Notes: a model not told the origin generated them from the letters alone. Counted from the stretch's first letter, positions 9,582-18,601 are shown. The stretch is 31,069 bases of DNA from Spirochaetaceae bacterium (GCA_046539925.1 JBKHFZ010000016.1:1-31069); one strand, 5' to 3'. Numbers and translations are program-made.

Positions 9582-12370
9582 CTCTCCTCTCGTATTGAGT
9601 TCATCACATCATACACCTTCGTAAGCTCATTCTCGAGCACCTTGACCAGTGTGTGGGGTGTCTGAGGGTCTCTCTCCCCTGGTGAGGATCCTGCTGTAGT
9701 GGCAACTCTCTCCAGCTCTTCGGCGGTCTGCTGAACCCTCTCTGCGTAGAGGGTCATCGCCGCTCCTTTTACCGCGTGGGACAGACTTCTCAGCTCTTCC
9801 CATCTTTCTCCCTTTAGGGCATCTTTTATTTGTTCCAGATGGATCGGCATATCCCTGACAAATATATCCGCCAGCTCCAGTATATCTTCATCGTCGTGGG
9901 ATGAGTATTCTTTAAGGGCTTCTCTATTAAAAATGAGTCTATCCTCATCGGGAATTTGGGGCTGAGCATGCTTCTTCTGGAGATACTTTTTAAGAGTATC
10001 TATCAAATCCTTGGGGCGAAGCGGTTTGGAGAGATAATCGTCCATCCCTGCTTCGAGACAGCGCTCTTTATCTCCCTTCATAACATGGGCGGTCATGGCT
10101 ATTATGGGTATGTGCGGTGGTATATCCTTGTCGTTGCTCTTTCTTATCTCTCGGGTAGCTTCAAAACCGTCCATTATAGGCATCTGCACGTCCATTAGAA
10201 CAAGATCGCACTTTTGTCTTGTTAAAACCTCGAGAACGTCTTTTCCATTTTTTGCCGAGACAAAAGTGTAACCCAGCTTCTCCAAACTCTTTTCCGCAAT
10301 AGTTCTATTAATAGCATTGTCGTCGGCAATAAGAATGCAATACCCCTTGTTAGCCGGGTCATACTCAAATCTGGTGTTTTTTTTCAATCCGTCGGCAGTA
10401 GGAGCGACAGTTGGAGCAGAAGTCGGGGCAGGTGTCGAAGCGGGCGCGGCCCCGGAAGCCGGTTCGACTGTGTGTGCGCCTTCAACGTGGGCTATTGGCG
10501 GAGAAGCAGCCGAGACTTTACCGTTTTCTGCGAGGCACTCGTACAAAACGGTAAACAGTCTCGTCTCTTTAAGAGGTTTAGAGAGAATTCCGTCAAAACC
10601 GTAACGGTCGTATTTATAACGGTCGGACACCGAATTGTGGTCCAAGAGCAGCACAATTCGCGCTTTCCCTCTCTCCTCGGCGTCTTTAATTTTTCTTAGT
10701 ACAATATCCGGGCCGGGGTTCTCCAGATTTTCAGAAATCAATACAAAATCGTATGTGCCCTCCCTCTCCTTATTTTGGGAAACGTGTTCAAGGACTTCTT
10801 CGAGACTCTCTGCGGTCTCACATTTTATTCCCTGGAAAGAGAGGATGGACACAAGCATGTCTCTGCCGGATTTGTGTCTGTCTGCAATTAAAACGCGTAG
10901 ACGCCGGTTTTCTGAAACAGGGAGTTTAGTCCCCTTCTTTGATATCGGGTCGAGGGGTATCACAAATGGCAGGGTCAGGGAAAATGTCGACCCCCTACCT
11001 TCGGTGCTCTCTATATCGATGGTTCCCCCCAGCAAATCGGTAAGGCGCTTTACGATTGAGAGTCCCAAACCGGTCCCCCCGTAGTGTCGGCTCGATGAAG
11101 AATCCACTTGGGAGAAGGGCATAAAGAGTTCCTTCATCTTCGCTTTTGGAATTCCAATACCCGTATCGATCACGTCAAAGGTTATATCAATACGGGATTG
11201 GTCTACGCTCTTCAAATATCCCCTTACCTTCACTTCCCCTTCTTGGGTAAACTTGACCGCATTTCCCACCAGGTTAACCAGAATTTGCTGAAGCCTTACC
11301 GAGTCTCCCACCAGGTATCTTGGTATATCGGGGTCTATGTGGTAGACAAGTTCTACATTCTTTCCTATAGCCCTTTGAGAGACAATATCTATAACCTCTG
11401 AGGATACGCTATCGAGATCGAAGGTTCCCCTGTTCAACTCCAATTTACCCGCCTCAATTTTGGAGAAGTCGAGAATATCGTTAATAAGGGTAAGCAGATG
11501 ATTGCCACTGCCTATAACCGTCTGTACAAATTCCTGTTGTTCGGAATCCATATTTGTATCCAAAAGAAGGGAGGAAGACCCCAGTATAGCGTTCATGGGT
11601 GTACGTATCTCGTGGCTCATATTGGCCAAAAATTCCGACTTTGCCCTGTTTGCCCTCTCGGCTTCCCTCTTTGCCTCTTGCAGCTTCCCCTCGTTCTCCC
11701 TGATATTCGTAATATCCCTCATAAAGGTGAGAAGACTTCGTTCACCTTCAAACTCCAATAGGGTGGTAGAAGTCAAGAAAAAGTAGTTCCTGTTCTCCAT
11801 TTTTATCTCCCGTTCCTGCCCCTTGATCTCTTCGTGCTCCTCGAGCTTTCTCACAAACTCTTCTCGCTCTTTTTTATCCCGCCACAGGCCGAGGGCAATG
11901 CTGTCTTCTCCGATACAGTCTCCCCTCTCTATCCCCAGAAGTTCCAGAAAAGCGGAGTTTGCGTCCAGAACAACACCGTCTTTCAGCCTGGTAAGAAGAA
12001 TCGGATCGGGGCTTATCTGGAAAATGCGGGTAAACTTCTTCTCGGATATTCTCTTGAGCTCCTCCGCTTCCACTTGTTGTGTGATATCATGAAAAATTGC
12101 CAGCTGAACCTTTTTCTCGTACCAGCTGGTATTGGTGGTCATCATCTCGACTCTGCGGAGACCTCTTTTTTTGTTGAGGATATCAATCTCCGTCTTTTCT
12201 CCGGAGATAAGGGGAAACCCGAGATTTGTTCTCTCCAGCTCCTCCTCCTTTCTACCGAAAATATCCGCTGCAGCCGGATTTGCATAGAGGATGCTTCCCT
12301 GTTCATCCACGATTACAATTCCGTCCTGGCTTTTCTGCAGCAGAGCCATAAAGGGGTTTTCTCTATCCAT
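9578..12370 (-). CDS. Hybrid sensor histidine kinase: PAS-PAS-HisKA-HATPase_c, pseudo-receiver, Ala/Pro/Ser/Thr-rich linker, receiver, HPt
   Basis: Two PAS modules at the N-terminus. H-box [15 protein letters not shown]-box [10 protein letters not shown]-boxes DTGIGI and [10 protein letters not shown]. The first receiver-like domain reads YDFVLIS where the phospho-acceptor Asp is expected (pseudo-receiver). Linker [22 protein letters not shown]. Second receiver is canonical ([23 protein letters not shown]). C-terminal HPt ([15 protein letters not shown]). Start re-called to the ATG at 12370 (MDRENPF), giving an 8-nt ATGGATAG overlap with the kaiC stop; the track start is 12397. Confidence 0.85.
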   Translation of the reverse strand: MDRENPFMALLQKSQDGIVIVDEQGSILYANPAAADIFGRKEEELERTNLGFPLISGEKTEIDILNKKRGLRRVEMMTTNTSWYEKKVQLAIFHDITQQVEAEELKRISEKKFTRIFQISPDPILLTRLKDGVVLDANSAFLELLGIERGDCIGEDSIALGLWRDKKEREEFVRKLEEHEEIKGQEREIKMENRNYFFLTSTTLLEFEGERSLLTFMRDITNIRENEGKLQEAKREAERANRAKSEFLANMSHEIRTPMNAILGSSSLLLDTNMDSEQQEFVQTVIGSGNHLLTLINDILDFSKIEAGKLELNRGTFDLDSVSSEVIDIVSQRAIGKNVELVYHIDPDIPRYLVGDSVRLQQILVNLVGNAVKFTQEGEVKVRGYLKSVDQSRIDITFDVIDTGIGIPKAKMKELFMPFSQVDSSSSRHYGGTGLGLSIVKRLTDLLGGTIDIESTEGRGSTFSLTLPFVIPLDPISKKGTKLPVSENRRLRVLIADRHKSGRDMLVSILSFQGIKCETAESLEEVLEHVSQNKEREGTYDFVLISENLENPGPDIVLRKIKDAEERGKARIVLLLDHNSVSDRYKYDRYGFDGILSKPLKETRLFTVLYECLAENGKVSAASPPIAHVEGAHTVEPASGAAPASTPAPTSAPTVAPTADGLKKNTRFEYDPANKGYCILIADDNAINRTIAEKSLEKLGYTFVSAKNGKDVLEVLTRQKCDLVLMDVQMPIMDGFEATREIRKSNDKDIPPHIPIIAMTAHVMKGDKERCLEAGMDDYLSKPLRPKDLIDTLKKYLQKKHAQPQIPDEDRLIFNREALKEYSSHDDEDILELADIFVRDMPIHLEQIKDALKGERWEELRSLSHAVKGAAMTLYAERVQQTAEELERVATTAGSSPGERDPQTPHTLVKVLENELTKVYDVMNSIREES

Positions 12371-13898
12371 TGTCAAACATATCTTTAAGCCGTTCATCTT
12401 CGGCGGCAGTGGCGGTATGTCTCGGATTGCCCGATAGTATTCCCGTCACGTTTGTAAAGGGTCTGCCTATATGCATTCCCTTCGCATCTATTGTAAATTC
12501 GCGGATATCCTTGTCGTGCATGGAACCTCGCATCTTTAATACGGTTAAACCACGCCTCATTTCGCCGTATATTTCCACGTACCGAAGAATCAATATGGAG
12601 TCGGTAAGAGTCGATATATGGGCCTCGGTTACCGATGAGCCGCCGGTAAGAGTTGGAGTGGTGGAAGTAAAGAGACCGGCTATCTCCTTGTGTTTTATAA
12701 AGGAGGTTACGCTGATAATGAATTCACGAAACCCCTTTGTCGTGGAGATCCTCTCTACGGCACTCAGGCTGTCCAGGGCGACTCTTGCGGGGTTGAACTC
12801 CTCTATGGAGTCCTTTATGCTGATGAGGTGGTCCTCAAGACTGGAGACTTCGGGATATTTACACACTACCCTGAGCTTTCCCTCCTCCTCCCATTTTCTG
12901 TAGTCCACTCCCCAACCGGTGGCGTTGCGAACGAGCTGCTCCCTGCTCTCCTCGAATGCAATAAGCAGGCATCTCTCTCCGCTTTTTGCGCCCCCCGCCA
13001 TAAACTCCGTGGTGGTGAGTGTTTTTCCCGTACCCGTTGCTCCGGAGACGAGTATTATACTGTCGCGGTAGAAACCGCCTCCGCACATTTTATCCAACTC
13101 TTCGTTGCCGGAACTTATACGCACGTAGGAGGAGTTCTGCTTTAACTCGAGGGCGGAGAGGGGAATAATAACTATCCCCCTGCCTGAGACAATGGAAAAG
13201 GGAAACTCCCCCTTTTGATGGTTGGCACCCCGAAACTTGAGTACCTCTATCGTTCTCCTGCGCTTCTCGTCCTCCAGAACGTTTCTCAGAATAATTACGT
13301 TGTCTGTTACAAACTCCTCCACGCCAAAACGGGCTACCTGTCCGTACTCCTCGTCCCGCTCGGCGGTAAGAATGGTGGTAACTCCCAGGGACCTGAGGGT
13401 AAATACCGCCCGAAGCAGCTCCCCCCGTACAATAGTGGAGTTCCCCAGGGCGGTAAAAATAGCGCCGAGGGCGTCTATGCTCACCCGCTCCGCGTTCACC
13501 TTATGAATTGCGTTTTCTACCCTCGACAGGAGTCCGCCCAGGTCGAAATCCCCGGATATAACGGTCTCCTGCTCCATTACCGGAGAGGCGTCCACAAATA
13601 TCCACTTGCCCTCTTCTTCCCACTTCTGTATATCCCATCCGAGGGAGTTGATATTTTTACGAATATCCTCGGGCCTCTCCTCGAAGGTAACAAAGACACC
13701 ATGTTCTCCCCTCAGAACACCCTCTGCTAAAAACTGTATGGCAAAGATGGTTTTTGCACTCCCGGAAGTTCCCGTAACGAGGGTGGTTCTGTTTTTGGGG
13801 ATTCCTCCGTAGGTAATAATGTCGAAGCCCTCTATGCCTACATCCAATTTTCCTACTGCAGTTTCGGTATCGCTCTTTTTGGAACTCTTTTTAGCCAT
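12363..13898 (-). CDS. kaiC: Circadian clock protein KaiC homolog (double RecA/KaiC domain ATPase/autokinase)
   Basis: 511 aa, two tandem KaiC domains. CI: GTSGSAKT plus catalytic pair FEERPED. CII: Walker A GATGTGKT plus FEESREQ. Phospho-site context [25 protein letters not shown] matches S. elongatus DSHISTITDTIILLQYVEIRGEMSR (S431/T432). The C-terminal tail [28 protein letters not shown] aligns with the KaiC A-loop region IKDSFRNFERIISGSPTRITVDEKSEL. Confidence 0.92.
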   Translation of the reverse strand: MAKKSSKKSDTETAVGKLDVGIEGFDIITYGGIPKNRTTLVTGTSGSAKTIFAIQFLAEGVLRGEHGVFVTFEERPEDIRKNINSLGWDIQKWEEEGKWIFVDASPVMEQETVISGDFDLGGLLSRVENAIHKVNAERVSIDALGAIFTALGNSTIVRGELLRAVFTLRSLGVTTILTAERDEEYGQVARFGVEEFVTDNVIILRNVLEDEKRRRTIEVLKFRGANHQKGEFPFSIVSGRGIVIIPLSALELKQNSSYVRISSGNEELDKMCGGGFYRDSIILVSGATGTGKTLTTTEFMAGGAKSGERCLLIAFEESREQLVRNATGWGVDYRKWEEEGKLRVVCKYPEVSSLEDHLISIKDSIEEFNPARVALDSLSAVERISTTKGFREFIISVTSFIKHKEIAGLFTSTTPTLTGGSSVTEAHISTLTDSILILRYVEIYGEMRRGLTVLKMRGSMHDKDIREFTIDAKGMHIGRPFTNVTGILSGNPRHTATAAEDERLKDMFDNG

Positions 13899-14181
13899 TC
13901 TTTTCCTCCACGCTCAGGAGCCGTAGCACCTCTTCTGTGTCCGAAAGATCGCCGATTATCCTGCGACCGCCCTCTCCAGGCTCCCCGGTAACATAAATAA
14001 GTGTTGGTGTAGCCAAAATCCTCTCCTCTTCCGCCTGGTCGGGGTTTTCCAATACATCTATTACTATCATGTCGAAATTTTCGGAAAGCAGCCTCTTGTA
14101 GATCGAACGAAGATTGCGCACCGCCTCCTGGGATCTCTGGGTTCTTCCCGTCACAAACAGTTTTAATAAATTGTTTTTCAT
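13891..14181 (-). CDS. kaiB: Circadian clock protein KaiB homolog
   Basis: About 96 aa from the ATG at 14181: MKNNLLKLFVTGRTQRSQEAVRNLRSIY...DVLENPDQAEEERILATPTL...RIIGDLSD matches cyanobacterial KaiB (LKLYVAGNTPNS...[20 protein letters not shown]...RIIGDLSD). The track ORF starts at an upstream TTG (14244). Stop overlaps the kaiC ATG by 8 nt (ATGGCTAA). Confidence 0.9.
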   Translation of the reverse strand: MKNNLLKLFVTGRTQRSQEAVRNLRSIYKRLLSENFDMIVIDVLENPDQAEEERILATPTLIYVTGEPGEGGRRIIGDLSDTEEVLRLLSVEEKNG

Positions 14182-14182
14182 C

Positions 14183-16039
14183 TCAGAGCCCGTCCCTGGA
14201 ATAGCCGGTTTCGAAAGACGATTGATTACGATAAAAAGAGACAAGATGCCCCATAAGTTCCATAGCCAGAAGCCTCCCCTCGTCGGTAAGCGCCTTCGCC
14301 CTCTTGTAATTCACGCCGCTGCTGAGGTTCTTTAATGCCGTCACGTGCAGCTCCACCACATCCTTTGGTCCTGCTTCCATAACACCCAGCCTCTGGGCGA
14401 GAGTCTGTAGACGGGAAGAAATCTTCTTGTCTGTTCTGTACATTCTCTCCTCCAGACGATCGTTTAATACAGCCTTATAGCTCTCTATCATCTCGTTGAA
14501 ATCGTCGGGTTTTGTCTCTCGAATCATCTTCTGAGAGTACATTCGACCGGTAACGTTTGTAGGCCCTGGGGAGGAGTACGTCTCCATTCTCATTATCTCC
14601 GCCTCGAGCTGTTTGACTCTGCTCTCCATCTCGTTCTTTTGTTCGGTAATATCAATGCCCGTAGATATAATGTTCTCTACACCCCCTTTCTGGTCCGGTA
14701 CAACCGTATTGGTCCACGCAATAAACTTTTTCTCTCCGTATTTCGTTATCCAATGGTTTTCGTGGGTATTCGGATACATTCCGTGTAACAGTTCCTTGAA
14801 TACCTTTCCCACATCCTCTTTTTCTTCCTCCGGGACGAGATCGAAAAGCGAGATTCTCGAAAGTTCTTCCTCGGTATAACCGGAAACAAGCTCACAGGTC
14901 TTATTCATCCGCATTATACCGCCGTCTTTATCTATAATGACAATAAGAGCCCCGGAGGTCTCAAGAATAGCCTCTACAAACCTCTCCTCTCTGTAGAGAG
15001 CATCCTCGGCTTGCTGTTTTTCCGTAATATCCCGAATTAGTCCAATGTATCCTGTTAATTGCTCGTTACCGTCTTTAAGGGAGAACACCTTTGTCTCACC
15101 GGGAAACACCTCTCCGTTCTTTTTTTGGTAATAGACGGTAAACAGAAAGGCCGAGTTATCTGTCCGCCGGATTTTATCTCCAAGGTTTTTAAACTCGTCT
15201 TCGTCTTCGTATACAATGGATGTTTTTTTTCCCTCGAGTTCGGATAAAGTGTATCCGAACTGCTCGGTAAATGCCTGGTTGCAGTCTATAATCTTTCCGT
15301 CGGTATCCGCCACCAGAATGGCGTCTCTAATGCTGTTGTAAAGATTTTTGTAGCGTCTTTCGCTGTACTGCAGCTCCTGTTGAGCTTCGGAATACTTTTT
15401 GAGATTGTTAATCCACAGGTCGAGCTCCGACTCTTCGGGCTTGTCCCCCAAAAGTTTATCCGGAGGCAGGTAATAGAAATTGTCGTACACCTCTGTTCCG
15501 ATAATTGCGTGGGGGTGGGTTCTCAAGACATCGAGCATTACAGAAGGGGAAAACCTTCGCTTGTCGTACTGACAGAGCCCTATACATCTGTGAGCGGGGA
15601 TAAATCGGTTGAGCTTGTTCTCGTACTCTATAAGCCGTTCCGTGCCCGGCAAGTCTTTTAAAGCCCAGGTCATCTCTCCCGTTACCCGGAAAGCGGAAAA
15701 GCCCTGATCTAAAGCTTTATTCGTCTCTTCCTTGAGAAGTGCGATCATGGCATCCGGGTCGAACTTGCCGTCTTTGGTATAGGTCTCGTCTCCTGTGAGT
15801 ATAACGAACCGGCCTGTCTCCATGTAATTATCCAGGTCTACCCCTTCTTCCCGCAGATATCCGGTTACTGTCTCTGCAGTGTGTGCATCTACAATGTAGA
15901 TAACCTTCTGGTTTTTCTCGAGACCGAGCCTCACAAAGAGGGACACCACCTGTTTGTGCTCCTCCTCGGTCCGGTAGATGCAACAGAGATGGTCCCCCGG
16001 TTTGAGACTGCGTATGTCCTGTAATGCCGAATATGCCAT
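14183..16039 (-). CDS. MEDS-domain / PAS / PAS sensor protein with a helical C-terminal region proposed to be KaiA-like
   Basis: From the ATG at 16039: MAYSALQDIRSLKPGDHLCCIYRTEEEHKQVV..., a MEDS-type N-terminal domain (DHxCxIY signature). Two PAS modules follow (residues about 230-470). The C-terminal 110 aa, KDVVELHVTALKNL...EGRLLAMELMGHLVSFYRNQ, resembles my recollection of the KaiA C-terminus (KVVEIHMELMDEF...RLTLIDVIAHLCEMYRRS). Stop lies 1 nt before the kaiB ATG. The track start (16072) is a TTG. Confidence 0.75.
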   Translation of the reverse strand: MAYSALQDIRSLKPGDHLCCIYRTEEEHKQVVSLFVRLGLEKNQKVIYIVDAHTAETVTGYLREEGVDLDNYMETGRFVILTGDETYTKDGKFDPDAMIALLKEETNKALDQGFSAFRVTGEMTWALKDLPGTERLIEYENKLNRFIPAHRCIGLCQYDKRRFSPSVMLDVLRTHPHAIIGTEVYDNFYYLPPDKLLGDKPEESELDLWINNLKKYSEAQQELQYSERRYKNLYNSIRDAILVADTDGKIIDCNQAFTEQFGYTLSELEGKKTSIVYEDEDEFKNLGDKIRRTDNSAFLFTVYYQKKNGEVFPGETKVFSLKDGNEQLTGYIGLIRDITEKQQAEDALYREERFVEAILETSGALIVIIDKDGGIMRMNKTCELVSGYTEEELSRISLFDLVPEEEKEDVGKVFKELLHGMYPNTHENHWITKYGEKKFIAWTNTVVPDQKGGVENIISTGIDITEQKNEMESRVKQLEAEIMRMETYSSPGPTNVTGRMYSQKMIRETKPDDFNEMIESYKAVLNDRLEERMYRTDKKISSRLQTLAQRLGVMEAGPKDVVELHVTALKNLSSGVNYKRAKALTDEGRLLAMELMGHLVSFYRNQSSFETGYSRDGL

Positions 16040-16116
16040 GTTACTGAGAAATAGTAGTAAAAAAAAAATCAAACCGCAAGATTTACGAGAAAATAATTAA
16101 TTTTTAATACTCCTTA

Positions 16117-16146
16117 TTGACATCTTATCCTTACTGCTTCTATAGT
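16117..16146 (+). promoter_or_regulatory. Sigma70-type promoter for the ilv leader (TTGACA-18 nt-TATAGT)
   Basis: TTGACA at 16117-16122 and TATAGT at 16141-16146, about 20 nt upstream of the leader ATG at 16168. Confidence 0.55.
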
Positions 16147-16167
16147 TCTTTACGAGGTGGAGGTATA

Positions 16168-16290
16168 ATGCGTAAGGCGAAACCGCATACAAGTACGAAT
16201 TTCTCATTTTATAGCGACAGTGCACCCGCTCTGCTCGGTCTAGTCGTCGTACTACCCCTCCTCTCTCAACACCGTCGGGAAAGCGGTTAG
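16168..16290 (+). CDS. ilvBN attenuator leader peptide (40 aa, Leu/Val-rich)
   Basis: GGAGG ribosome-binding site 6 nt upstream. The ORF encodes MRKAKPHTSTNFSFYSDSAPALLGLVVVLPLLSQHRRESG. The run LLGLVVVLPLL places 6 Leu and 3 Val within 11 codons. An intrinsic terminator and then ilvB follow. Confidence 0.6.
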   Translation: MRKAKPHTSTNFSFYSDSAPALLGLVVVLPLLSQHRRESG

Positions 16291-16310
16291 GCCATACTTG
16301 TAGATATACA

Positions 16311-16351
16311 GGAGCCTGTCGCCATCCCGGCGACGGGCTCCTTTTTTTTTT
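16311..16351 (+). terminator. Rho-independent terminator (attenuator) upstream of ilvB
   Basis: GGAGCCTGTCGCC-ATCCC-GGCGACGGGCTCC (13-bp stem, one G.U) followed by T10. ilvB ATG lies 32 nt downstream. Confidence 0.8.
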
Positions 16352-16382
16352 GCGCCCCACAGGGCTTTAAAAGGAGGTTTGG

Positions 16383-18086
16383 ATGAAGAAAGGAAGAACA
16401 ACAGGGGCAAAGGCTCTTGTACGAACTCTGGAGAAGAGGGGTACCGAAATCATTTTCGGGTATCCGGGGGGGGCAAACCTTCCCGTATACGAAGCGCTGG
16501 AACGCTCCGGCATCCGTCATATACAGGCACGCCACGAACAGGGTGCTGCCCACATGGCCGACGGCTATGCCCGTGCTACAGGTAAAACCGGCGTCTGTCT
16601 TGCTACAAGCGGCCCAGGAGCCACAAATCTTGTTACGGGGATCGCTACCGCGTATATGGATTCCTCTCCGGTTATTGCGATTACAGGACAGGTGCCTCGT
16701 AACATGATAGGCAACGATGCTTTTCAGGAAGTCGACATAACGGGCATAACCATCCCCATTACAAAGCACAACTATCTTATTCAATCCGCCTCTCAAGTGG
16801 CTCCTACCGTAGAGGAGGCGTTCTACCTTGCAGACAGCGGAAGACGAGGCCCAGTGCTTATTGATATACCGAAGGATGTTATGCAGGAGGATTTTGCCCT
16901 GGAAAGCGAGAAAAACGGCGCCCTGGAGGGATACAACCCCACTGTCAAGGGACACCCGGGCCAGATTAAACGGGCCGCCTCCATAATAAAAGAAGCCGAA
17001 AGACCGGTTATTATTGCAGGGGGAGGTGTGTTTTTGTCCGATGCATTTGCATCACTCTCCGCTTTTGTAGAGGCGGTACAAATTCCCCTCGTATACACCC
17101 TGATGGGGAAATCCGCTTTGGATAACCGTCATCCCCTCAACCTGGGACTCTACGGTTACCACGGCGGAAGGCCGGCGAATACGGCGGTAACGGAGGCGGA
17201 TATAATTATTGCGATCGGCACCCGCTTTGGAGACCGCTCCACCGGCCCCCTTGCCGGTTTTGCCAAAAACACAAAAATAGTTCACATCGATGTAGACCCT
17301 GCGGAGATAGGAAAAAATGTTCCTGCGTACCTGCCCATTGTTGGGGATATAGACCACATACTCCCCAAGCTTACATCCCTTCTCTCCTCGGACACTCCTC
17401 GCAGCAAATGGTACGAAAGATGGGTAAAAGTTACGGAGGAGGAGAAATCTAAAAAGCTCCGCCGCGGCTTTTCCAAAGACCAGGAGAACTCGCCGGCTTT
17501 TACCACCGCGTCGATTACAGAGAGGGCTGCAGAGTATTTTAAGGAGCCTGTTCTTGTTACCGACGTAGGAAGGCATCAGATCTATGCGGCCCGGTACTTT
17601 CCCCTGGCCTCCGGAAGAACCTTTATAAGCTCCGGAGGACTTGGAACAATGGGCTTTGGGCTTCCGGCAGCTATAGGCGCGTCCATCGGGCTTCCGGATA
17701 CGCAGGTACTTCTTATTACAGGGGACGGTTCGTTTTTAATGAACAACCAGGAGATCGTGACCGCGGCAGAATCCGATGTCGATGTAACCGTGCTTGTTAT
17801 GAACGACAGCCGACTGGGTATGATAGAACAACTGCAGGATTCATTTTACGGTGCCGGCTTTGATGTGAGCAGATTTCCCGGGGATATACGGTTTGACCGT
17901 CTTGCCGAGACCTTTGGAGGAACCGGGTACCGTGTGAACAATTTTGAGGAACTCGATACGTCCCTTGCAGCGGCCACCAAGACGAGGGGCATCAAAGTAA
18001 TAGACTGCAAAATAGAAGAGGAGACCCACGTGTATCCTATGGTAACCGGTACACACTTACTCGAACTGGCGGAAGGAGAGGCATGA
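16383..18086 (+). CDS. ilvB: Acetolactate synthase (acetohydroxy-acid synthase) large subunit
   Basis: 567 aa TPP enzyme: GYPGGANLPVYEAL, GPGATNLVTG and the TPP-binding GDGSFLMNNQE. AAAGGAGG ribosome-binding site. Confidence 0.9.
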   Translation: MKKGRTTGAKALVRTLEKRGTEIIFGYPGGANLPVYEALERSGIRHIQARHEQGAAHMADGYARATGKTGVCLATSGPGATNLVTGIATAYMDSSPVIAITGQVPRNMIGNDAFQEVDITGITIPITKHNYLIQSASQVAPTVEEAFYLADSGRRGPVLIDIPKDVMQEDFALESEKNGALEGYNPTVKGHPGQIKRAASIIKEAERPVIIAGGGVFLSDAFASLSAFVEAVQIPLVYTLMGKSALDNRHPLNLGLYGYHGGRPANTAVTEADIIIAIGTRFGDRSTGPLAGFAKNTKIVHIDVDPAEIGKNVPAYLPIVGDIDHILPKLTSLLSSDTPRSKWYERWVKVTEEEKSKKLRRGFSKDQENSPAFTTASITERAAEYFKEPVLVTDVGRHQIYAARYFPLASGRTFISSGGLGTMGFGLPAAIGASIGLPDTQVLLITGDGSFLMNNQEIVTAAESDVDVTVLVMNDSRLGMIEQLQDSFYGAGFDVSRFPGDIRFDRLAETFGGTGYRVNNFEELDTSLAAATKTRGIKVIDCKIEEETHVYPMVTGTHLLELAEGEA

Positions 18087-18601
18087 TGAAACATACAATT
18101 TCCATTCTTTGCGACGACATTCCAGGTGTAATGACCAGAATATCCGGCCTTTTCTCGAGGCGCGGATTCAATATAGAGAGTCTGACCGTGGGCCACACCG
18201 AGCTTCCAGGGAAAAGCAGGTTTACCATTGTTGTTGAGGGAAACGAGGATATTCTTGAACAGGTGCGAAAACAGCTGCAGAAGCTGGTGCATGTTATCAA
18301 AGTGTGGGACCTGGATATTGAACGCATAGTCGAAAGGGAGCACGCCCTGGTTAAAGTTGAGGTGCACGAGCAGGACCGCGGACTTCTTCTACAGCTGATA
18401 ACCGCTCTACAGGCCCGCATAATTAACTCGAGGGGCCCCGTGTGGGTGCTGGAAATAACGGGAGATACGGCATCTATCGACAGTGCCATTAACCTTTTGA
18501 ATCAGTTTACCATTCTGGAGTCGATCCGCACCGGCAAAATCGCCCTTGAACAGGGAACAAAGTTACCCGCGTCCAGGGAGAGAGATAAGGGCGGCTTTTA
18601 A
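18083..18601 (+). CDS. ilvN: Acetolactate synthase small (regulatory, ACT-domain) subunit
   Basis: 172 aa, ISILCDDIPGVMTRISGLFSRRGFNIESLTVG (ACT domain). Start overlaps the ilvB stop (ATGA). Confidence 0.88.
   Translation: MMKHTISILCDDIPGVMTRISGLFSRRGFNIESLTVGHTELPGKSRFTIVVEGNEDILEQVRKQLQKLVHVIKVWDLDIERIVEREHALVKVEVHEQDRGLLLQLITALQARIINSRGPVWVLEITGDTASIDSAINLLNQFTILESIRTGKIALEQGTKLPASRERDKGGF

Noticed and set aside
16150-16382. Possible T-box riboswitch upstream of ilvB
   Set aside because: No T-box consensus (AAUUAGGGUGGNACCGCG-like) is present on the + strand. A leader-peptide attenuator explains the terminator better.
16287-16955. 222-aa minus-strand ORF
   Set aside because: It is antisense to ilvB, whose identity is unambiguous.
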